From: a virus
Length of the DNA: 64,000 bases
IMG/VR virus record: IMGVR_UViG_3300048592_000443
Coordinates: 5,947 to 69,946 of that record
Direction: 5' to 3' (one strand)
Shown: in pieces, positions 45,034 through 53,638 of the stretch
Numbering within the stretch: position 1 is the first letter of the stretch
Layout: each line of letters starts with the position of its first letter
The notes under the pieces: model-generated
Told to the model about the DNA's origin: nothing
What the model saw: only the letters and a program-made list of their open reading frames with translations
Databases searched by the model: none
Program-made: the position numbers and the translations under genes

Positions 45034-47067
45034 CTACCTGCGTCGTCTGGCCTCAACGGCGGCCCGGCGCTCCGCTGTTGCCCGCTCGCGCGCCATGCGG
45101 TTGCGCGCATCCTGCAACGCCGCCTGATAGCCGCGCACGTCGCCGCGCTCTAATGCCGTCAGCGCACGCCTGCCCTGGTCAGTCGCCTCGCCACCGCTTG
45201 TGAAACCGAGCCGAGCAAGCGCATCGTTGCCGCCGCCTGTCTCGGCCGCAGCGCGCAGGGAGCTGTAATCATCAGGCGAGATGCCAACCTTGCGCGCCGT
45301 ATCGCGCGCCGTCGCCCGCCGATCCTGGTCGCGCCGTATGGCCCGCTCATCTGCGGCCGGCTTTGCTTGTTTCGGCTTCTCAGGTGAGTTGCGCGGGCCG
45401 CCAGACGAGCCGCCACTAGCAGGGCGTGCGTTGCCGGCGGGGCTGATGTTGCGCAGGGCGTTCGTATTGTTCTTTGACGGCTTCTCGTCTTTGCCCTTGC
45501 CGCCCCCGCCGCCCTTCTTTGGCTTGGCTTCCTTCGGATCTTTCCCTTGCTCTTTGGCGTTGCGCGCTGCCTCACGAGCCGCCCGGCGCTCCTCAATCTC
45601 GCGCCGCCGCTGTGCGCGCTGCTCACCCCTTCCGAGTGCGTCACGCGCCTTGCTCACATCGCCCGTTCGTGCCGCCGCGATATACGACCGGCCGGCGCCG
45701 CTGATGCGATAGGAGCCGTCAGGGTTTTTCTCGACAAGCCCTTTGGCGAGCAAGGCTTCAGCGTTCTGCGGTGCAAGGGTGATATTTTCGTCAGGGCTGG
45801 CAAATTCGAGCAAGGCATCAGACAGACTGGCGCCAAGGCCGGCGCCATCGCCTACAGCCTTTTCATTCTCGCGCCGCTTGGCGTCGCGCTCGGCTTCACG
45901 CTGCGCCTGCTTTGCAAGCCGCTCTTGCTCTTTCTGTGCGTCTGATTTCTTCGGCTTACTGCCTTTGCTGCCACCCTTCTTTGGCTTCTTTTTCTTATCG
46001 GGGAAGCCGGACAGGTCAAGTTTGAACGGCTTTGACCCACTGGCGCTACCTGCGCTGGTGAACTTGCCATCGGCGCCACGTTTCAGATTGCCGCGAATAG
46101 TCTCGCCCGCGCGAGCGCTATACCCGCGCCCACCGCTCGGCGCAGGGCGGCCGCTCGCGCCCTCATCGCTTTCGGCTTTAAGCGCGGCGGCAAGGCGCCG
46201 CTGTGCTGACTTGCTCTTGCGCGCAACCCGCTCAGGCAGGCGACGAAACGCGGCCGTATCGCCCGTCTCATCTGCCCAGCGCTCTGCGAACGGCTGACCT
46301 GTGCTAAAAGCCCATCTTTGCTGAGCGCGAGAGGCGAACGGCTTGGTTGTGATAGCCGGCGCTTTTTCTGTCGAAATTTCTCCAGCCATATGCGGCGCAA
46401 GCGGCTGCTTGCCGAGTAATGGCAGATCGATGCGCTCACCAGCCCATACCAGACTGATAGCCTCAAAGCGCAGCGGCGTGCGCTTGCGCTCCAGTCGCGG
46501 CATAGGCGTGCTGGCAGGCAGGTAGCACAACGTAATGTGCGGCGTGAAGCCGTAGCGATCTTCCAGGGGGATAGCAAGTCCCGAAGCGCGCATATACACC
46601 GCTTGCCTGAGCCAAGGCAACTGCGGGCTATTCAGGAGCATCACGAGCGGGTATTGCTCGTCATCGCCGGCAAAGGCGCCGTAGCCGTTGACTGCCACCT
46701 CAACCGGCTCGGTCATACTTGCCAGCACGGCAAGCGACGAAAGCAGGGCCGCCTTGCGGTCCTCAATCGCCGCCGCGTCCTGAGCCAGATAGATCAGGGT
46801 GCAGTGGTCTGCCTCTTTGGCGAGGCGCCCCGGTATGCCTTCGGTAATCTCGGCTGTCTGCTCAGGAGTGAGCATCAGCGCGAGCATTGCACCGGGATTA
46901 GCGTCAGGGTCAATCTGTACTGCCTTATACACCTGCGCCGCTCGCGCCTTCTCCGCCCGTCGCTGTGCTGACTTGCTGCGACGCCTGCCCATAGCACTAA
47001 GGGCGGGATTGCTGAACAATCCGCCCGGCCCGTGTGCATAGTTCGTATTTGGCGTCGGATCAGTCAT
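45034..47067 (-). CDS. Head-module protein with 2H phosphoesterase (LigT/Acb1-like) domain and basic low-complexity tail
   Basis: HCTL and PHITL motifs about 90 aa apart; N-terminus copies a capsid peptide; RGADGKF motif. Confidence 0.8.
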   Translation of the reverse strand: MTDPTPNTNYAHGPGGLFSNPALSAMGRRRSKSAQRRAEKARAAQVYKAVQIDPDANPGAMLALMLTPEQTAEITEGIPGRLAKEADHCTLIYLAQDAAAIEDRKAALLSSLAVLASMTEPVEVAVNGYGAFAGDDEQYPLVMLLNSPQLPWLRQAVYMRASGLAIPLEDRYGFTPHITLCYLPASTPMPRLERKRTPLRFEAISLVWAGERIDLPLLGKQPLAPHMAGEISTEKAPAITTKPFASRAQQRWAFSTGQPFAERWADETGDTAAFRRLPERVARKSKSAQRRLAAALKAESDEGASGRPAPSGGRGYSARAGETIRGNLKRGADGKFTSAGSASGSKPFKLDLSGFPDKKKKPKKGGSKGSKPKKSDAQKEQERLAKQAQREAERDAKRRENEKAVGDGAGLGASLSDALLEFASPDENITLAPQNAEALLAKGLVEKNPDGSYRISGAGRSYIAAARTGDVSKARDALGRGEQRAQRRREIEERRAAREAARNAKEQGKDPKEAKPKKGGGGGKGKDEKPSKNNTNALRNISPAGNARPASGGSSGGPRNSPEKPKQAKPAADERAIRRDQDRRATARDTARKVGISPDDYSSLRAAAETGGGNDALARLGFTSGGEATDQGRRALTALERGDVRGYQAALQDARNRMARERATAERRAAVEARRRR

Positions 47068-47127
47068 ACAGCAAAAGCCGCCTATCTCAGTCGAGACAGG
47101 CGGCAAAGCGCGCGGGTGATTGATTTG

Positions 47128-47349
47128 CTACGGTCGCTTCGTGCGGGTCGCGGTGTATGTGCCGTTGATCAGGTCATCAATAGAAATTTCGCCATAGTAG
47201 CGCGTGCCATCGATCTTGCAGTAGTTCCTGACAACCTGCCGGCCGGGGTGATACTCGCACCAGAGATGGCCCTGAGGGTCGCGAATGGCAATCCAGCCAT
47301 CATCGGGCGTACGACCCGTCGCACAGTTTGATTGTAGCAGATTAGTCAA
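47128..47349 (-). CDS. Small hypothetical protein
   Basis: Fills gap; start uncertain; near-operator at 47309-47324. Confidence 0.4.
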   Translation of the reverse strand: MTNLLQSNCATGRTPDDGWIAIRDPQGHLWCEYHPGRQVVRNYCKIDGTRYYGEISIDDLINGTYTATRTKRP

Positions 47350-47358
47350 GATACACCA

Positions 47359-47622
47359 TTAGGGATTGACGACATATACCGGGATAGGTGCGACGTTGCC
47401 GGCGACGGCGCGCCCGTCAGACACAACCACTATCGGCACCGGCACATTGCCCCGTGTGCCCCACTGCGCCGCCTCAGCCTCAGACACAATATAGACCGGA
47501 ATTGCAGGCCCGCCCCGCGTCGTCAGGCCATCATCACGATACACCCGCAACGCCGGTTGCGCGACGGGCGCCGTTGTCGCGATACTGACAGGGAGAGCCG
47601 GGGCGGCGGTGTACTCAGTCAT
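47359..47622 (-). CDS. Hypothetical protein
   Basis: ATGA overlap; three G..(A/V)IP(V/I).(I/V)V repeats. Confidence 0.6.
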   Translation of the reverse strand: MTEYTAAPALPVSIATTAPVAQPALRVYRDDGLTTRGGPAIPVYIVSEAEAAQWGTRGNVPVPIVVVSDGRAVAGNVAPIPVYVVNP

Positions 47623-48098
47623 GCAACCCCCTGCTTGACAGCTTCCTGCATACGCTTCGGATACTCGACACGGGCGATCTTGGCCGCCGCCTCGTCAAAC
47701 TTGCGCGCCTCAGTGCCAGGGTGAAACACCTGTCGCCGGAATGTATCCGCCGGCCCACGAGATCCCGCCCCGCTGTCGAGACTGCCGGGGCTCGTCTTTG
47801 GGCTGCTAGCACTCGGAAAGTTCAGGTAGCGCGCATTCTTGGCCCGAATGACGTGCGGGCGCGTGCCGCCACTCACATAGCCGTAAATCTCATTCGACGT
47901 CGAGATCGTGCGGCCGTTGGCAATGGCCTTGATCTGGAATGCGACTTTGGTTTGCCATGTGCTGGTTGGCTTCTGGAGGTTGGTATAGACCTTTTGCGCG
48001 CTGTCCTCTAGTCCATCTTCCAGCGCAGTGCGAAGCCGGCCTATGTCGATAAGGCCGGCTTTCGGCATCGTCACCTGTACCGAGACTTTCAACGGCAA
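47619..48098 (-). CDS. HK97 gp10-like neck/tail-completion protein
   Basis: GTRPHVIRAKN..YL.F...V.HPGT motif. Confidence 0.7.
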   Translation of the reverse strand: MPLKVSVQVTMPKAGLIDIGRLRTALEDGLEDSAQKVYTNLQKPTSTWQTKVAFQIKAIANGRTISTSNEIYGYVSGGTRPHVIRAKNARYLNFPSASSPKTSPGSLDSGAGSRGPADTFRRQVFHPGTEARKFDEAAAKIARVEYPKRMQEAVKQGVA

Positions 48099-48105
48099 TG
48101 CCCTT

Positions 48106-48121
48106 GTGTGACAGGTCGCAC
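48106..48121. promoter_or_regulatory. Operator copy (1 mismatch) over the TSS of a minus-strand promoter
   Basis: GTGTGACAGGTCGCAC 4 nt downstream of TGCTATACT. Confidence 0.7.
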
Positions 48122-48140
48122 GGATAGTATAGCAGAGCGG

Positions 48141-48515
48141 TCAAGGCGCCGTGCGGGTCACATCACGCCGAATTAACAGCGTGCCATCGGCAACCGTGAA
48201 CGTCTCATCGGGCGTGCCATCTTTGGCAATCTGGACATCCCAGACACAACTGGTGTCAACCGTGAGCGTGTTTGTGCTGTCACGCTCTGGTTGCATCTCG
48301 GCAAGGCCGCCCGCCGCGTTCGTAATCGTAATCGTACCGTCAACCGTCGAGAGCTGAAAGACGGCATCAGCATCAGCCTGGTCAATGCTGGTTTTCGCCG
48401 TCATACGGATCGTGTACCCACTCAGGTTGAACGCGGCGCCGTCTTCGTCAATAACAGTCAACTCCCATACCGGAGTATCGCCCCGGCGCATCTCTAGTCG
48501 CGTGCTCATTGGCAT
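48141..48515 (-). CDS. Virion structural protein (BppU N-terminal-like)
   Basis: RGDT...DEDG..FNLSG....K...WDVQI...G.L.I..DVT; GGAGG RBS. Confidence 0.65.
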   Translation of the reverse strand: MPMSTRLEMRRGDTPVWELTVIDEDGAAFNLSGYTIRMTAKTSIDQADADAVFQLSTVDGTITITNAAGGLAEMQPERDSTNTLTVDTSCVWDVQIAKDGTPDETFTVADGTLLIRRDVTRTAP

Positions 48516-48534
48516 ATGCCTCCGCTACACGCGA

Positions 48535-49101
48535 CTAGGAAATGGTCAGCGTGAGTGTCACTTGCAGCGTGGTTGCGCTCGTCTTCGTCCCCAGACTGGA
48601 AACAAGGCGGTTCAGCATCGTACCAAGCTCGGTTGTGAAGTTTGGCCCGTCGTTGAAGAGCGCCGCTTCCTGAATGCTGAAATTGCCCTCGGACGCGCCG
48701 AATGTGCAGCGCCAGCTCATTGTCTGGCCTGAACGCGAAGGAAAGGTCGCATCCATTGCGGCTTTGACCTTGTTTGTCACTGCCTGCAAATCGGTTTGCC
48801 CGGCCGCCGCCGCCGTGTTGCTATCGCCAATGCCGATGTACGCATTGCTGTTGTCATAGACCGTGCCGCCCGCGCCAATCAGCAGATCCAGCATCAACTG
48901 AATGCCGACATTGACGAGCAGGTTATCAGCCTCGTACACTTCGACGGGCGCCCCGGCAAGGCCCTGGTCAATCTCCTCTGCCGTCCAGCCTCCTGCATAG
49001 TACGCTGCCTGCCAGCGACCCTTGACCGTCAGACCCTCGTGAAGCCCGGCGCCGATCTGCGCGCTCACACTCTCGCCGCTCTTACCCTGCTCGCTGATCA
49101 T
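48535..49101 (-). CDS. Virion structural protein
   Basis: NLLVN.G...IGIGD...A..QTDL...F...E.N..I.EAALFN pattern common in phage fibre/decoration genes. Confidence 0.65.
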   Translation of the reverse strand: MISEQGKSGESVSAQIGAGLHEGLTVKGRWQAAYYAGGWTAEEIDQGLAGAPVEVYEADNLLVNVGIQLMLDLLIGAGGTVYDNSNAYIGIGDSNTAAAAGQTDLQAVTNKVKAAMDATFPSRSGQTMSWRCTFGASEGNFSIQEAALFNDGPNFTTELGTMLNRLVSSLGTKTSATTLQVTLTLTIS

Positions 49102-50297
49102 GATGCACTCCTGAGTGTGACAGTCGCGCTAGGATTGCGCGCCGTCACGGTTGCTGATACCTGTTGCACCGTGAGTGTTGCCGAAGGCGCAGCGCGGTCA
49201 GTCACCCGCCCTGTAATCCGCCGTGTCGTAACCGTTGCGCTCGGCATAGTCGTGCGAACGGTCGCACTGCCGGGCAAGGCTGTAACCAGGGGCGGGAAGA
49301 TGCTGATGCCGTCAGCCCCGGCCCCCGTCTCCGCAAGAGCCGCCGCGTACAGTGCCGAGATAGCGTCAAGACCGGCGCCTGTCTCGTCAAGCGTAGCACC
49401 CGGCACGGCTGAAACACTATCGGCGCCTATGCCCGTCTCGACAAGTCCAGCCGAGTAGGCGCCCGCCGTCGCATCTGCCCCTATGCCGCTCTCAGCGGGC
49501 TCAGAAGCGTTTGCCCCTGCGGCGGTGTCACTCCCTGCCCCCGCATCGCTCAGAAGCCCGGACAGCGCGCCTGAGAGGCCATCGGCGCCCGCGCCACTCT
49601 CGGCAAGGGTTGCCAGGTATGCGGCGCCCGCCGCATCGGCGCCGGAACCCGTATCCGGCGCGGTGACAGCTCCGGCACCGCCCGCCGATACGTTGTCACC
49701 CCCTGCGCCTGTCTCTGCCAGGATCGCGAAGAACGCGCCCGCTACGGCGTCACTGCCGACGCCCGTATCGTCAAACGCGGCGCCCTGCTGTGCCGAGAGC
49801 GCATCAGCCCCGCTGCCAGCCTCTACAAGCGTCCCTGCGTAGGCGCCCCCTGCCGTATCACTCCCGGCGCCCGTCTCGTCGCTCTCCGCCCCGCTCAGCG
49901 CGCTCAGCGCGTCAACGCCGGTGCCTGTCTCGGCGATGGTCGCAACGCCCGCCCCGCTTGCGGCGTCTGACCCGGCGCCACTCTCGTCAACCGTCGCCGC
50001 CGAGACAGCGGTCGCGGCATCAGCGCCGCCCCCTGTCTCGGCATAGGTCGCGCCGTGTTGAGCGGCAAGCGCATCTGCGCCAGTGCCCGTATCAGCGAGC
50101 GTGCCCGCAGAGGCCCCCGAGACGGCATCTGCGCCGCTTGCCGTGTCTGCGAGGGTCGCAGCGTAGTCCCCGGCGCCTGCGTCGGCGCCAGATCCCGTAT
50201 CATCGGCCTGCGCCGACTGCGCATCTGCCCCGCCGACAAATCCTGCGCCGACTGCCTCGTCGTCGTCATCGCCGCCGATGTAGAGTGCGTCACTCAC
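49098..50297 (-). CDS. Ala/Gly/Asp-rich repeat protein (about 19-aa tandem repeats)
   Basis: About 16 copies of (L/A)(A)(E/D)(T/S)G.G.DA. Confidence 0.75.
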   Translation of the reverse strand: MSDALYIGGDDDDEAVGAGFVGGADAQSAQADDTGSGADAGAGDYAATLADTASGADAVSGASAGTLADTGTGADALAAQHGATYAETGGGADAATAVSAATVDESGAGSDAASGAGVATIAETGTGVDALSALSGAESDETGAGSDTAGGAYAGTLVEAGSGADALSAQQGAAFDDTGVGSDAVAGAFFAILAETGAGGDNVSAGGAGAVTAPDTGSGADAAGAAYLATLAESGAGADGLSGALSGLLSDAGAGSDTAAGANASEPAESGIGADATAGAYSAGLVETGIGADSVSAVPGATLDETGAGLDAISALYAAALAETGAGADGISIFPPLVTALPGSATVRTTMPSATVTTRRITGRVTDRAAPSATLTVQQVSATVTARNPSATVTLRSAS

Positions 50298-50812
50298 GAT
50301 AGACCGACCCAGTAAGACAGACTGTGCTCAGACATGCCTGAGAGCGTCAAACTTGACGGGAGCGAGGTCTGCCCCGTGAGGATAGATGCCCAGCGCATCT
50401 GTCCGCTGCCGAGACCCAGGTTGCCCGCCGCCGTCGCGATGCCGCGCGCGAAGCTCGGCCGCGTCGTGCCGTTACACAATATCGCCACATACACCCACCC
50501 GACGGCAAGCGTGATTGGCGCGGTGAGCGCGATATGTTTGTAGCCGTTTGATGCCCAACTAGAGGCCTGATCAGCCGAAACGGCGAGGCGCGTCCCGCCC
50601 GTATCGTAGAGGCCTACAAAGTTTTGACCGCTATCCAGTCCTGATCCGGCCGTGCGGATCACTACATCGATGTAACTAATCTCCTGCTCAACGGGGTTCC
50701 AGATCTTAATCAGGTTAATCGATCCGTCGCCCGCTGCCGAGCTGTCGTAGGCGTTGACAACGTCCCCAGACCAGGCCTTAAGACCGTACCCCCACGGCTC
50801 CCAACCGTGCAC
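50294..50812 (-). CDS. Virion protein C-terminal part (in frame with upstream ORF across a single TAG)
   Basis: VGLYD..GT.LA.SADQ...W...G fibre-like domain. Confidence 0.55.
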   Translation of the reverse strand: MHGWEPWGYGLKAWSGDVVNAYDSSAAGDGSINLIKIWNPVEQEISYIDVVIRTAGSGLDSGQNFVGLYDTGGTRLAVSADQASSWASNGYKHIALTAPITLAVGWVYVAILCNGTTRPSFARGIATAAGNLGLGSGQMRWASILTGQTSLPSSLTLSGMSEHSLSYWVGLS

Positions 50813-50842
50813 GGGCGGCAGAACAGCCCGATTATCGCCGTC

Positions 50843-51256
50843 CTACAGATTATCGGCCGCCACGATAGTTGCGGCCGCCGGCCACCAGACGCGCCAGAGT
50901 GGGACATGCCCGGCCGGGGTCGCGGGCGGTAGCGGGTTTGTGCCCGCCGCCCCCGCCGTCGCCGTCTTCACGCCGGCGCTGCTGACCGAGATCAGCACCC
51001 ACATCGGGTTGCTGCCGTCAGATGACGGCATGGTCACGTTGCCCGCTGTCCAACTCACGTAGACGTTACCTGAGAGCCCGGCGCCGGCTGCGACGGCAAC
51101 CGTCCCGTCGGGCGTGCCCTGGGGCGTAACAGCGCCGCCCCACAGCACGCCGGTGCCGTGAACGCCGGCCATCATCGTATCAATGTGCGCCTGCGCCAAC
51201 TTCGCCTGACGGACGTCAAGGCTGACATCGGCTTTGTTTGGGAGCGTCAGGGCCAT
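50843..51256 (-). CDS. Virion structural protein (fibre N-terminal-like)
   Basis: AAAGG RBS; GVL.G.AV...PD.TV.VAAG...G......P..PA...P.L..V pattern. Confidence 0.65.
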   Translation of the reverse strand: MALTLPNKADVSLDVRQAKLAQAHIDTMMAGVHGTGVLWGGAVTPQGTPDGTVAVAAGAGLSGNVYVSWTAGNVTMPSSDGSNPMWVLISVSSAGVKTATAGAAGTNPLPPATPAGHVPLWRVWWPAAATIVAADNL

Positions 51257-51357
51257 CGCTATACCTTTCTCCGCCTCACGGGCCAATCACCCGCAAGGGC
51301 TGTACGAATTAGATTATCCGTGCTATAATACGGAAGCAAGATAGGAGAAACAATGCT

Positions 51358-52278
51358 ATGACGCAACGGCTTTGCGGACAATGCGAACAGCCATTCACGC
51401 CTAGAAAAAATTATTCTAAAGAGCAGCAGGCAAAGCAGCGGTTTTGTTCTGGCGACTGCGCCAGAAGGGCCAATGCATTGCTTGCTAAAGGTAAGAAGCC
51501 TCGCATCAAAGGTAAGCCGTGCGAGCGTTGCGGGCGCATTGGCTATGATCGAGTCAATCCGATTTGCCGGTATTGCCAAAAAGAATTGCGTGATCCAGGA
51601 GGGGAGCGTAACCCGAAATGGCGCATTACTCGCCGTGTTTACTGGAACGACGAAAAAGATGCGGTGCTGAAAGAGCACTATTCGACTAAAGGCGCTGAAT
51701 ACTGCGCCAATCAACTTGACATTAGTGCTCAGGCTGTGCGTTGCCGCGCCAATAGACTTGGCTTGCGTTTGACGAAAGACGCCACTAAGCGCATTGTCAA
51801 CGCAAAAGCCAAAGAGTATATGATAAAACACAATCCTATGAAAAGAGATGAAGTCAAAGAAAAGGTTAAAAAGTTTTATAATGAGCATCCAGAAACAAGA
51901 GAGGCTGTTAATGCAGCATTGCATCGTGGACAGGCCGAGTTGCAACGCCGCAAGGTGAGTAAACTCGAATTGGCTTTGCGTGTTATCCTTGACGGCTTTG
52001 GCGTTTCTTATGAAGCTTCCGTAGAGATTAAGCCGAATTTTATTGTTGACATACGCATTGGTCAACTGATAATTCAAGCCGATGGCGATTACTGGCACGG
52101 CCATTCGCGTTTTGAGCCGCTCACCGAAAGGCAGCAAAAACAAAAGCAGCGCGACGCAGCCCAGGATGATTACTTGCGCGCTTGCGGTTATACTGTTGCG
52201 CGTATATGGGAAAGCGATATGAGCGCTGATAGTGTTTTGCATATTCTGGATATCCATGCTATACCGCGCGCGGCCTAA
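51358..52278 (+). CDS. Free-standing endonuclease with Vsr/DUF559-like C-domain
   Basis: VDI....IIQADGDYWH...D..QD..L...GY.V.RIWE; Zn fingers; low GC; antisense insertion with own TGCTATAAT promoter. Confidence 0.82.
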   Translation: MTQRLCGQCEQPFTPRKNYSKEQQAKQRFCSGDCARRANALLAKGKKPRIKGKPCERCGRIGYDRVNPICRYCQKELRDPGGERNPKWRITRRVYWNDEKDAVLKEHYSTKGAEYCANQLDISAQAVRCRANRLGLRLTKDATKRIVNAKAKEYMIKHNPMKRDEVKEKVKKFYNEHPETREAVNAALHRGQAELQRRKVSKLELALRVILDGFGVSYEASVEIKPNFIVDIRIGQLIIQADGDYWHGHSRFEPLTERQQKQKQRDAAQDDYLRACGYTVARIWESDMSADSVLHILDIHAIPRAA

Positions 52279-52876
52279 CAATATGATCGCCTTCCAGCAT
52301 CGGGCAATCCTTGCAATGGTTTTCCGGCTTTGTCATAGTTCTTGTGACTATGCCAGTTCCGTCGCCATTATCAATGACATCGCTTAAAACACAACCGCAA
52401 TTCCCCAGACAAGTTTGCCGACCCGGCAAGATGCGATCCGGTATTTCCCAACCTGCCAGCCTTTGCTCAAAATAGAATGGCTTTATGCTTGTGGCGTAGA
52501 GGTTCGCCCTGGCCGCGATAGCCGCCGGGCTCATATCGCCGCTCCTGATGTCTATCACGAAGCCTGAGAGGTATTCGAGCTGCCGGTTGACTGCGGCCTG
52601 AATGTCCTGCTTCTCAGCACGGCTTAGCCGCTGCCGGCTGATGAGCGGCGAGTTAGCCGGGATGTTCAACCGCTCTGCCGTCGCCGCGATGTAGGCTGCC
52701 GTGTGCGCCCGTAGCAAGTGCTCGCGCATCTCGCGCTGCCAGCGGTCAACGTTGCCGCTCGCGATCAGGTCGCGCGTGCTGGCCTGGATTGATGCCAGGT
52801 TCAGGCCGATCAGGCGGTCAAGCGTATCGCCCGGCGCCTTGAGGGCGACAACGGCCATTTCGAGAGCGGCTGTCAT
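52259..52876 (-). CDS. Minor head morphogenesis protein (MuF/gp7-like)
   Basis: Downstream of portal; Q..YL.GF..DI..G...I.ARA.LY; C..NC.C and HC.DC motifs. Confidence 0.6.
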   Translation of the reverse strand: MTAALEMAVVALKAPGDTLDRLIGLNLASIQASTRDLIASGNVDRWQREMREHLLRAHTAAYIAATAERLNIPANSPLISRQRLSRAEKQDIQAAVNRQLEYLSGFVIDIRSGDMSPAAIAARANLYATSIKPFYFEQRLAGWEIPDRILPGRQTCLGNCGCVLSDVIDNGDGTGIVTRTMTKPENHCKDCPMLEGDHIVRPRAV

Positions 52877-53163
52877 CAGGCGCCCACATAGGCAGGCACG
52901 AGCGTGCCGCCGCCGCTATCGTCGTCGTCATTGTCGCGGCTCACTTCGATCTGCACATCAAGCCGCTGCCAACCTGAGCCGTAGTCAATCTGCCAACAGG
53001 CAATCCAGGCCACGAGGTTTGCCCACGGCTGCAAGAGCCCGTCAGGTAGGAAGCGACAGGCAAAGAGCAGGTAGTAAGCCCACGGGCGGCGGCATCGGAT
53101 TGTGACCGTCTGATGTGATTGCGCCATTTGTGCTACCTGTCGTGCAATCTCGGTTGACCGCAA
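52876..53163 (-). CDS. Hypothetical protein
   Basis: TGATG coupling to next gene. Confidence 0.45.
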   Translation of the reverse strand: MRSTEIARQVAQMAQSHQTVTIRCRRPWAYYLLFACRFLPDGLLQPWANLVAWIACWQIDYGSGWQRLDVQIEVSRDNDDDDSGGGTLVPAYVGA

Positions 53164-53504
53164 GTAGGACAGGGATACTCACCCGATGGCCCTGTATCAG
53201 GATCGTGAACAGGACAGCCGCTCTCAGGCACAAAGCCGTACGGCATCTGCCAACCGCAGGCAAGCTCGCACGACTTGAGCGGCGCAGGGGTGATATGGAA
53301 ACTCTCGCCGGCCCCATAGCCCTGTGCGTCGTATGTCTCCCATTTGACTTGGAAGCCGCTATCAGACCGCTCAATTCTCAGGCGCCAGCGCTCGCCATAC
53401 TCGGCCGTCAGGCAGTCGTGAAGCATCTGCACAGCAGCGGAGATAGTACGGACATAGGGCGATGGCCTGTGAACATAGCCACTGTCAGGTGTCTGATTGT
53501 CCAT
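53133..53504 (-). CDS. Hypothetical protein (moron-like, Cys-rich C-terminus)
   Basis: RBS-like AGGTAGAAAG; follows palindromic element copy 3. Confidence 0.5.
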   Translation of the reverse strand: MDNQTPDSGYVHRPSPYVRTISAAVQMLHDCLTAEYGERWRLRIERSDSGFQVKWETYDAQGYGAGESFHITPAPLKSCELACGWQMPYGFVPESGCPVHDPDTGPSGEYPCPTCGQPRLHDR

Positions 53505-53530
53505 TTGTGCTACTTTCTACCTGTTACCGT

Positions 53531-53638
53531 GAAGTGTAAAGAGTTTTCGGCCTGTTTGAATTATCATCCCGCTCCTATAAGAAATTAATATATAGGCGAG
53601 GGATGATTAATCGAAACCTGCTTATCCCTTTACACTTC
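53531..53638. repeat. AT-centred long palindromic element, copy 3
   Basis: GAAGTGTAAAG...AATTATCATCCCGCTCCTATA-AT-TATAGGCGAGGGATGATTAAT...CTTTACACTTC; contains the portal stop. Confidence 0.8.
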
